Source: Takakia lepidozioides (Eukaryota > Plantae > Bryophyta). Taken from it: a DNA stretch of 64,000 nt. The notes under the pieces are model-generated. The model saw nothing but the letters and a program-made list of their open reading frames with translations. It was not told where the DNA came from and made no database searches. A program made the translations under genes and the position numbers. Numbering within the stretch: position 1 is the first letter of the stretch; every line of letters begins with the position of its first letter. Below are positions 25,781 to 36,240 of the stretch, in pieces. The stretch lies in contig CM060733.1 in the NCBI GenBank assembly GCA_030704615.1, positions 57,040,001 to 57,104,000 of the forward strand. Direction: 5' to 3'.

Positions 25781-27254
25781 TGCAAAAAAAAAAAAACAAC
25801 GAGAATTCCTCACTCCTCGCCAAAAATCTACATGGACATACAAATTGAAGCTAGGAAAGCGTGGAAAAAAAAAAACTATGTGCACAATTCGAGAGAGCAC
25901 GATCGACAAACAAGCTTCCCAGCTACACTCTACCTTCATTGCGATTTGGGGGCGGAATGGGATCATCTGCCACAGCCCCAATCCGGATCGCTGCGACTGG
26001 AACAAACTGCCCCCAAGGGCTTGGAGAGACGCCACGGGTACCGTCCACAGCCTCGCAGGAGTTTGACAGGGATATCAACTGGAAGCACGTTAAACAATTA
26101 TCAAAGGCCTCCAGGCTCAGCTTCCGCTAGGTCCGTCGGGCAAGCAATCTGCTGGAGCAAGCCTAACCGTAGCTAGTTTTTGACGCTAGCAGCTATGGTT
26201 TTCAGAAACACACATCATCGAATCCGGTGGGATTGCCACCACTTTGCAGCATTACGCAAAAAGGCCAAAGGCTTCAGGCCGGACAGTTCGTTATTACTCA
26301 TCATGAGTGGTTGGCCTCCGATTCACTGACTACGGTGTGTGTGCCTTATGGCGTAATCAGAGGGTTTAATTTTTTCCCCTCCCAATAACCATCTATGTAA
26401 GGGCCTCGCCCACCAAAAATATTTCGGAATAAAGTGAACCAGGGCTCCAACCCTGTTAACCAAAAATTAAAAATTAAAATAAAAAATAAATCCACACGTC
26501 ATGTAACATTTTATTCATTGTTTCTAAAACTATAAACATTGGTTTATCATCAATAACATATAGATTGAAACTATAGACTGGATTATCATCACTAATTCAA
26601 GAAGGTGCTGGCATTTCACCATAACGAGGTCCACGCGCTTCAACCCAAGCTTCAAATCAACCCTTGTGGTAGGAGATTGGTGTTAAGAAGTACATTGCAA
26701 CCTAACAAAAGGAAAATGCACCTCTACTCTTTAGAAGTAGCAGTCCCTGCCTAGATAGAGAACCCGCCCTGCAGGATTGACCTCCCTCGTGTATATCTGG
26801 GGGCATTTAATACAGTGGTTTCCCACATCAAATACTCGTTCCCAGACTTTACCTAATACATAATCTCAGAACTGACCATTCTTCCCCGGCAATCTAATAT
26901 CAGCACTTAATGATTTTTCTAATCCATGTGCTGGATTTGCTCCAGATATATTGGTCTTGTTCTTTTGCCAACGCTCTGCAAAGCAGAGCATGGCGTCATA
27001 TGCAATCAACAGCAGCTGTTTCATCAATTGGTTGTGGTGATTGTAGCGCCTCGTTGCTCTAGGCGTGGTCGTTGTTCCTCATCGTGTAGAGCCCAATGGA
27101 GCCCAAAACAACTTGCATGAATGTTGTTGAAAGCTCACTAGCACCCCTCAGTAAAGGACCTTGTCAAAATGTTGATGCTGTCGGATTTTCGAGCAGAAAC
27201 CTCTACCTTGGAGGACGGAGCAGAGCTGGCATGAGTTTTTTAAAGTTCCTTCCA

Positions 27255-30020
27255 GGGGGGGGGAGGGGGGAGTGCTAATAAGCCCAAAAGCAATGGCCAG
27301 CCTTTCACTGTGGCGGTAGACTGCATGTTCCTTCGTTTGCTGATCCACATAACGCAAAACAAGGCGTGTGTCAGGCAGGTATCCTGCCTCCTTCATCTTC
27401 CTAGTCAATTTTACCAACTCAGCATAGATCTCCTCCGTTTGTGGGTGTGATCTATCTTCTACAATGAAGGTATGTATCCAACTTTTTACCTCAATCTAGC
27501 TTCACGCTGTCTCCTTTTTCACACCCCTCCTCCATCGTTTTTCTTACTTTTGTTACATCATCCCACCTGCCACTAAAGCATAGACATTTGAAAGGAGCAC
27601 ATGCACTGCAGCATTTTTTGTTTCCAACTTCCAGAGACATTCTGCGAAATGTTCTGCTAGCTCCACATTACCATGGATTCTGCAGGCACCAAGCAAGGCC
27701 CCCAACACTGAAGCCCCTGGTTCAAATGGAATTCTGTTCATAAAGTCCTTTGCCTGATCCAAGAGCCCAGCCCGGCCAAGAAGGTCTACCATGCAACCAT
27801 AGTGCTTTTCTGTTGGTATGATGCAGTGATCTCTAGTCATAGAAAGGAAGTAATGATGGCCTTCATCCACTAGACCCACATGGCTGCATGCAAAGAGAAA
27901 CACCAATGAAGGTGATGCTGTCTGGCTTCACCCCTTCCCGTTGCATCTGTTCAAAAAGTTGGAGCGCATCCTTGCCATGCCTTCTGAGCACAACCCGTGA
28001 TCATCGCAGTCCATGAGACTGTGCTATGCTCAAGAATATTGTCAAACACCCCCTTTGCATCTCGCAGACTCCCACACTTGGCATACATGTCAATCAGAGC
28101 AGTCCCCACACAGACATCTGATTCAGATCCAGATTTGAGGATATTGTCATGAACCTTCTTGCCCTCCTCCAGAGCTGCCAGGTGGCCGCATGCATTGAGG
28201 ATGAGAATAAAAGTGACCTTGTTAGGCTTCACGCCTTCTAGTCGCATTTGACCAAACAATTCAAATGACTCAACACCAAGCCCATGCTCATCAGATCCTG
28301 CAATCATCGAGTTCCAAGAGATGATATCACGTTCAGGCATTTTCAAGAACACTTGGCGTGCATCCAGTAGGCTCCCGCACTTGCAATACATGCTGACAAG
28401 GGCGTTCCCCACTCGAACATCCGCCTCAAATCCAGCTTTGATGATGGCTTCATGGACCCACTTGCCCTGTTCGAGAGCTACTTGAGTGGCACATGCATTG
28501 AGGATGCTGATGAAAGTGACCTTGTTGGGCTTCATGCCTTCCTGTTGCATTTGCTGAAAACGGTCGAATGCCTCTTCAACATGCCCGGTATGAGCAAGTC
28601 CTGCAATCATTGCATTCCATGAGACCACATTTCGTTGAGGCATTTTGAAGAGCACTTGGCATGCATCCACCACACTCCCGCATTTGCAATACATGCTGAC
28701 AAGGGCAGTCCCCACTTGGATGTCGGACTCAAATCCAGCTTTGATGATGCCTGCATGAAGCCGCTTTCCCTGTGGCAGAGCTGCTGGGGTGGTACATGCC
28801 TTTAGGATGCAGATGAAAGTGACCTTGTCTGCCTTAATGCCCTCTCTTTGCATTTGCCGAAAAATTTCGAAAGCCTCCCCAACATGACCGTGCTGGGCAA
28901 ATCCTGCAATAATCGCAGTCCACGAGATCACATCTCGGTTGCGAATTCCGTCAAACACTGGGCGCGCATCCCGCACACTCCCGCACTTGCAATACATGCT
29001 CACAAGGGCATTCCCCACTCGAATATCAGACTCAAATCCAGCTTCGATGATGTCCGCATGGACCCACCTACCTTGCTCCAGAGCTGCTGGGATGGTACAT
29101 GCATTGAGGATGCTAACGAAAGTGCCCTTGTTGGGCGTCATGCCTTCTAGTTGCATTTCCCAAAGAGTTCAAAGGCCTCTTCAAATTTCCCTTTCTGAAC
29201 AAGTCCTGCAATCATCGCATTCCATGAGACAACATTTCGATTACTCATTTTGAAGAACACTTCGCGCGCATTCACCACACTTCCGCACTTGCAGTACATG
29301 CTGATGAGGGCAGTCCCTAATCGGACATCTGCCTCAAATCGCGCTTTGATGATCCCCGCATGGAGCCGCCTTCCATGATCTAGCTCTGCTGGGGTCCCAC
29401 ATGCGTTCAGAATGCTTATGAACGTGATCTTATTTGCCTTCACCCCTTCTCGTTGCATTTGTTCAAAGAGTGCAAATGCTCCTTCCCCACGCCTTGTTGG
29501 GCTAATCCTGCAATCATCACATTCCAGGAGATCACATTCCGTTGAGGCATTTTGTCGAACACTTGGCGCGCATCCACAACATTCCCACACTTCACGTACA
29601 TGCTGACAAGGGTATTTCCCAAGAAGATATCAGGCTTGAATCCACTTTTGATGATATGAGCATGGATTTCCTTGCCATCTGCAAGGGATTTCGTCTCAGC
29701 ACACTCTTGCAACAGACAAGCACAGGTATCAGAATATGCTGGAAAGCCTTGTTCCTCCAGCAAATTCAAGATGTCCACAACCTTCTTGTATCGTCCGTCC
29801 TTGCACAATCTGCTTATATACCCAAGAGCTCCACAATTTTGGGCTACTTCCCCCCTCGTCTGTGCCTTCGCCCAGAAGTCGTGATGATGGTGGCCGTGGC
29901 AACAGTGATGACCTTACCCCGACACCGACACCCAACAAGCAACTCGGTCTGACTGCTGCAGAATTGGAACTCCACCACCTTGCTTGGTAACAAAATGTGT
30001 CTGGAGACCATTGTCATGGG
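27255..30020 (-). pseudogene. PLS-E-DYW pentatricopeptide repeat (RNA-editing factor) pseudogene
   Basis: Repeated P-L-S triplets (SWNAMIAG / TFISILNAC / VGNALVSMYCKCGS), E domain, decayed PG box, GYLPDT...HSERLAIAFGLISTP. Several frameshifts (~29490, 29155, 27975, 27905, 27555). Truncated before CxxC and DYW. Confidence 0.92.
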
Positions 30021-30202
30021 CTCCCAAGGAATCTGTGTCGGGAGGTAGTAGCTTCTCTTGTGGACATTGCAGTCAGATGCAATGTGTAGCGACCGTGTCC
30101 GTGTGATCACTTCAGAGAGATCCGTGTCTGTGGGAGCGACTCAGACTGTGAGGCCCATTACCAACATATCTCCATCTCCAGCTCTCCTGCTTTGGTGGGA
30201 TA

Positions 30203-30420
30203 TTGTCTACTACCGTAGTGGGAGGATCAAGAGAGGGAGTCCACAATACCTCTTCTGGCACTTCTGGGCATGTCAAGATGCTTTGTGAGGCAGGCAGACA
30301 AGAGGCTCTACAGACTTTAAACCAAGGAGGCATTTCAGCAGATTCAGATACGTATGTCTGTCTCTTGCATAAGTGCATCAAGATGAAAGGCCTGGAAGCT
30401 GGAAAGCAGGTGATACACTG
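30203..30420 (+). pseudogene. N-terminal fragment of a second PLS PPR gene, head-to-head with the first
   Basis: MLCEAGR..EAL...GISADSDTYVCLLHKCIKMKGLEAGKQVIH, typical first repeats; ends at ~30420. Confidence 0.7.
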
Positions 30421-30699
30421 TGAGGGGGTAAATTCCCAAACATGGTATATATAATTAAAACAGTACCATTCATGAATACTAAAACTTTATCACACTGACC
30501 ATAACTACCCGACATCTTTCACAGAACGCCCTGACTAGTTTTACAACACATAAGCCCTGAGTAAAAGAATGGTCCAACATATTAGTACCTTCTATGGTCT
30601 CTTTGTGATGCTCCCTGAAATTTTTACAAGACATAAACACTGCTTACCAATCAAAGGTGGATCTAATCAATGGGTTCAATAAGGTCATTTGAATCCTCA

Positions 30700-31323
30700 A
30701 TATATGAATCCACCCACCACCTGCTCTCCTGCGCCCTCATTGATTCGATCACTTATAACCTTCAGAATTGGTTTCCTCGTCAGGCTCTCATCCTTGTTAT
30801 GCCTAAGATACTCATTGGCTTCCTCAGCAATTTCTAGTACAAGCCCAAACTTACTATTAGACTGCTCCAGTAAAATCTCAGCATCCACCAGGATCTGCTT
30901 GTTTGCCTCTAACCACATTCGCTCTTGTGTTTCCAGGAAGGGCAACATCTGTTCCTTCTCCTCTAATTTGGGATCTCTCCTTCCCTGATCACAACAAGAG
31001 AAGCAAATGTGCTATACAAATAAATTGGTTGTCAAAGTACCATTGAGTCTCTCTCTCTCTCGCTCGTGTTTCCAGGAAGGGCAACGTCTGTTCCTTCTCC
31101 TCTAATTTGGGATCTTACCTACCCTGATCACAACAAGAGAAGCAAATGTGCTATACAAATAAATTGGTTGTCAATGAGTCTCTCTCTCTCTCTCTCTCGC
31201 TCTTGTGTTTCCAGGAAGGGCAACGTCTGTTCCTTCTCCTCTAATTTGGGATCCTACCTACCCTGATCACAACAAGAGAAGCAAATGTGCTATACAAATA
31301 AATTGGTTGTCAAAGTACCATTG

Positions 31324-31361
<38 letters not shown>

Positions 31362-31706
31362 CTGTGTCACACACACCGCACACTCATATTTAAAGAGGAA
31401 GGAAAGAACCCAAATATTCGAGGGAGGTTGCCAGGTCTGATATACTACAGCATTCAAGGGCTCACACTTTCTCAAAACCCCAACACTTCCAGTGATGTCG
31501 TTTTATACTCACCGATTGCCGACCCCCTCTTTTGCTCCCAATTCCTTCTCCACTTTTACATTCGATCCTCATTAGACCTCCAGCTCCAAAGCAATGGGAG
31601 GAGAGTAGGACCCTTGAACCAGTGCCTTTTGAAGCACGAGCAGGTGCCTCAGCGCATTGTTGAAAGAAGGGATTGACAGCAGAGCTCCATTTCGCATAGC
31701 TGCCAT
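30700..31706 (-). pseudogene. pTAC7/PAP12-like plastid RNA polymerase-associated protein (two exons visible)
   Basis: Exon 30984-~30720 encodes LPFLETQERMW...DAEILL...KFGLVLEIAEEANEYLRHNKDE...KPILKVISDRINE, resembling pTAC7. An upstream transit-peptide-like exon ends at 31513 (TCG|gtgagt) in compatible phase but needs a frameshift after the ATG at 31706. Confidence 0.55.
30919..31356. repeat. ~140-bp triplication spanning an intron/exon junction, with (CT)n tracts
   Basis: gtgtttccaggaagggcaac...ctgatcacaacaagagaagcaaatgtgctatacaaataaattgg occurs three times. Confidence 0.9.
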
Positions 31707-32848
31707 TATGAGATCGAAAACTAAAACCCTGAGCCCTAATGCTTGACCTGTTACTACCGGTAACGGAAGCAAATCCAGACGCGCAATGGTTCCTTTCCCT
31801 CTCTCAAGCACAGGTGAAGCTCTGCCTCAGCCGTAGGAGTTGTAAGCACGATGGTGGAGAAGGGCATGAGGTGGTCACCCGCGAGTACACCATTAATCTT
31901 CACAAGAGACTACACTGCTGGTATTTTTTCTCTTTCCTCTTCACGCAACCCCTTTGTGGGTTGCGGGTGACCTCTTAGTCACGGGAACTAGATAGTTTCT
32001 TTCTGCAATAAGAAAGGGGGGCTGGGAGGCTGGTGATACACTCGTACTTCTTTCTCCGTAACGGATCCAAGAGACTCTGCATCATGCCGTGTGCATCTAA
32101 TTGATGACTCGCTCATTGTAGGGCATGGTAGGGCAGGTGATTTGAGGACCGTGGATAACATAAAGAATGAGTTCAAGCTGAATGATGTCTTCTAATAAGA
32201 ATCCATGGAGTCTCCTACCTTTGATCTCTTAAATATCTCCGGCCGTCCTCCATTTAACCTCTGCCTGGTGTTTCACTCGTCCGTTGCTGTTCCAAATCTG
32301 AACCTGTATCTTTGTCCTTCTCTCGTTTCCTTCGTGGCTAATTACACGAAGGCAAGCTTTCTATGTCCTGTCTGCTTATAATAGAAGCAGACTTCTTCAC
32401 CAACGGGTCCTCGACCTGGTCTCTTCTTAGGGCTCTGTGTGTTCTGGCCTATTGTTTCTCTGGTAGTGATTCCGATCATGCTGGTAGTGATTCTTTTAGG
32501 AATGGTGGGTAGGCTTAAGAGCTTCCTACGGAGGATACCTGCATTATGCAAATCTGCAGCCCGTTTCAATCCTGGATGGGGTTAGTTCATTGTGTTTAAC
32601 TTTTCCGTCTGCAATTGAGCACTCCAGGGCACTGCGACTTCCATTCAGAGAAGATGATAGTGAATGTCATGTCACATTTACATGCATTTTCCATCTCATC
32701 ATATTCCTGATAGAAACATAATTCTTAAAAGCTATATATCAAATCAGCAGTAGGCATTGTTAGAGAGGGACATCCTCTTGGATGTGCCGGAGGGTGTTTT
32801 CGTGTTATCTAGGCGACATTTTTTGCACCCTGTGGAGCTTGGATGCAG

Positions 32849-33172
32849 GTGACAAACCAAGTGTTCCGACATGCCAAGCACACTGGCGCAGGCTAGATCA
32901 ATAAGCCAAAAATGAGGCACTATGTACACTGCTAGGCGCTGCATTGCCTGGACATGGAGCAGTCAAATGCCCTGAGGAAACTGTACAAGGAGCGGGGCAA
33001 GAATGTTGGGGCGTGGTGGCAGGCATGCTATTGGCCTCTAGTCAATATGGCTAGGGCCAATGGATGGGACATCGAAGGCCTATTTAATAGAAATGAGAAG
33101 CTCCGTATCTGGTATGTGCCAACCAAGCTCCGGCAATTGTGCCATGTAGAAAGAATCAAACTTGGAGAGTAG
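32849..33172 (+). pseudogene. LFY: LEAFY/FLORICAULA last exon (DNA-binding domain) with two premature stops
   Basis: After gcag| the frame reads [63 protein letters not shown]...[27 protein letters not shown]. Stops at 32894 and 32933 replace Tyr codons. Confidence 0.95.
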
Positions 33173-33299
33173 ATGAAGTTTTGTAGTCAATTTTGGTAGG
33201 GGATAAGCTGCGGGCAAATCTGTACTCAGTTCATGAGGCAAATCGAATGCTTTCCTTACCAGATTCTCTTTTCCTGCCAGGGAAAGATCTTGTCGACAA

Positions 33300-33406
33300 G
33301 GGACCTGTGCCACCCCACTCAAGTGCCATCTACATATGCAACCTGCCCCCCCGCACAGATGAAGCCTTGCTGGCTGACCACTTGGGGCAAAATTGGTGTC
33401 CTGAAG
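33300..33406 (+). pseudogene. RRM N-terminal exon fragment, TAF15/FET-like
   Basis: SAIYICNLPPRTDEALLADHLG(Q)IGVLK|gt resembles SVYV.NLP.GTDE.MLA.YFG.IGLLK of plant TAF15-type RRMs. Contains a frameshift. Confidence 0.55.
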
Positions 33407-35872
33407 GTGTTTTCTGTCAGCCCTCTTTCTGCTTGGAAAGAAGTCATAGCCAGAGTCCTTTTGGTCATCTCTCTCTCTCGCTTTCTCAACTCTCTCTGAA
33501 GAGCTTCGACGAACTGAAATCTTTCATGGCTGAAGGCAACCCCCTACTACTACAAGCCTTTGGCAATGATAGCAGCCTCAGTTCCTGTCCTTGCATTTGA
33601 CCCAGACAGGGGCAATGGCCACAAGGCTTGACAGATATATTCTGGGGAAACGTCATCTCTCTTTCTCACTCATACATACACATAATCCTACTGGTAAAAA
33701 GTGATGCCACATGTCCTATGCGTGGAGATGATTGTGAGGATACCAAATTTTTTTTGGAAGTATCTGAATGATTACCCTGCCATCAATTGTCTGTTCCAAG
33801 GTAATTCATACTACCGGTGTCAGCCCCTGACAAGGTAGTTTCTGTCCCTTTGTGTTCCACTAAAACTGACCGTGGGGTGGTCACAAGGCTACAGCAAACA
33901 ATGTCTTATGAGTACATTCTCTCTGCTCGTGACATGGGTGAGGCCATCATGGATGACCTCAAGGGTTTACCCACTCTGGGCACTAGACTGAAATTTAAAC
34001 TCAGGGTACCTTTGAACAGCAGTTGCAAATGTCCAACCCGAAGAAAATATCCACTTTGATTCATTGTCCTGGGAACTAGAGAGAACGCCTGTACAGATTG
34101 AAAGAGATTTCTAGATGATATCTGGAAACTTGGATTGATTGTCTTTTTCAAGGTAAGTCATACTTTGACAAGGTAAGCGCAGGGTCAAAAGAATCTTATG
34201 AGTACATTTGCTCTGAAGGGATCTGAGGGCGGGAGCCTACCTTGAACCAAAAAACAGATGCAGACAGCCTGAAGACAATATCCACTTTTTCATCCATTGT
34301 CCAGGGTATTCTCAGAGCCTAAAGCCCTGGCCCTGTTGTGGTCTAATTGCTTGTGTGCAGGGCTTTCTAGAGCATATCTGGAAAGCCGGAACTAATTGTT
34401 TATATCAAGGTAAGCGCCACCACCAGAGTGAGCCCCTCACAAAGGTATTTAATATGGGAAAATGCACATAAATTAATAATAATAATCATATGGGAAATAA
34501 TTCCCTTTAAAAAAGAGAAATAGTATAACATATAATTATTATACTATATATAATATTAATTATAATAAAATTATTAATGTCATATGGGGAAATTATTTTA
34601 AAAACTAGGACTCATCTCTGCACCTGCTCACCGTAGCCAGCCACCCTGCATACCTTATGAATTCTGAATGATAATTTGGATGACCATTTGAAAAACGTGG
34701 ATGAACAACCCTGAAAAGCTCGGTTATGTACGGTATTTCACCATGGCTCACCTGGCTGCGGGCTTCCACACTATCGTGTGCCACGCTACAGCCGTGGCCA
34801 GGCTCATCTTGGTGGATACCTAGTCCATAGTTATAACTTGCAAGGAGGTGGACAATCCTTGCGCGCGTTCACTTGTTTAGTCTATATAGACCACATATCT
34901 GTAGATGGGAATGGGAATGCATCCAATATAGGGATGGACGGAGTATAGTTAAACCAAAGCCGAAGCTGGGAGTTATTCACTCATCTCATCAGTCATTTGA
35001 CACAGGAAAAAGTCTAATTGGCCTGCCACCTGTGTATACGGGGCTTGGATGCTTCACAACTGACTTGGTGACTTGGTGTTATAGTGCGCTATCGCTTACC
35101 ATAGCACATACTGTTGCTATAAACATGCCACGACCCAATTAATGTTTTGGATGTTTTTCTTGCCAGTGCTGAATGCCCTCTTGATGCATTCAGTGCTAAA
35201 TTCCCTCTTGTTTGGCCTCTAGTTCAGACCTACTTGAGTGTGTTGTCGTTGATGTGACTTACCCATTCACTTTTCCCTTGTATACTCATGACACATAACA
35301 TAGACTGATGATCACTAATTATGACTATGGGAGAGCCCATTTGGCGCTGCCTTCCCTGGCCACACAACGCATGTAGAATGCCACACTTCTTTGAGAAGTG
35401 CTGATTGCAACCATCACCAACGTCGCTACCACACTGTCTGATTAAAATATTATTTATAACAGTAGCTGACTAATTTAGCATTCACAATCTACACAATAGT
35501 ATCAATTGGACGTGTAGCTCATTAATGGACATCAGATATGGATATGAATCTACCCATGAAATCTATAGAACAACATATTAAGCAAATTAGTGTGGTTCTA
35601 ATAAACCTGCATGAGACCTGAATCATACCTCATTCATTCTAGATATAACAGACTTGTTTTTAAAGTGAGTATATGATGAGAGTCTGAACAAGTCTACAGT
35701 TAAATATTCAAACCCACCATCAATATCGCTCCCAAAACACACTCACCACATCAGGTCTGTCCGGCTTTTATAATTTGTCCCTGGGAACTCATTGATATCA
35801 CCAGACGGCACATTGTGAGTAGCATGATGCTGAGCTGATGCTACAGCTAGGATGACGAGGTTGAGCCAAAAC

Positions 35873-36179
35873 TGTTGGAAGTAATTAAACATATCTAGAA
35901 GACTAAGAGTCTTGAAGGCCAAAGGTTTAGAAGTCTAAGAGACTATCTTGTTTAACTCACTTTTGGAAGGTGAATGGCTAGAAGGTGGATGGTCACCATA
36001 GTGGAAGTGGAAGTGACCAAGTAGGACTTTCTAGAGACCTTCTTGTACAAGCTCGGGGGTGAAGCCACTAGTCTAAGTGTAAGAGTATGATGGTGGCTTC
36101 TATGGTTAGGAGGAGAGCTTTAGTTTTAGCTTTAGTCTAAGACTTTAGTTCTTGTTTATGTTCTTGCTCAATTCTAACA
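35873..36179 (+). repeat. 5' LTR (307 bp)
   Basis: tgttggaagtaattaaac...caattctaaca, near-identical to 40275-40577. Confidence 0.95.
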
Positions 36180-36192
36180 TGGTATCAGAGCC
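36180..36192 (+). promoter_or_regulatory. Primer-binding site (initiator tRNA-Met)
   Basis: tggtatcagagcc immediately after the 5' LTR. Confidence 0.95.
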
Positions 36193-36240
36193 ATTCTTCT
36201 CTAGGTGAGAGTTGGTAGTTGAGATTGAGAGAACTTGATT

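Larger units (their letters stand above)
19210..26490 (+). mobile_element. L1/Tx1-clade LINE retrotransposon, near full length, decayed
   Basis: ORF1 remnants with a zinc-knuckle-like FNCGKIGHIKADC at ~19640, then ORF2 EN-RT-zf, AATAAA at ~26429 and an A-rich tail at 26462-26490. Confidence 0.85.

Noticed and set aside
32342-32569. Zinc-knuckle-like CFYYKQTGH
   Set aside because: Two ligands missing and no supporting gag or ORF1 context.
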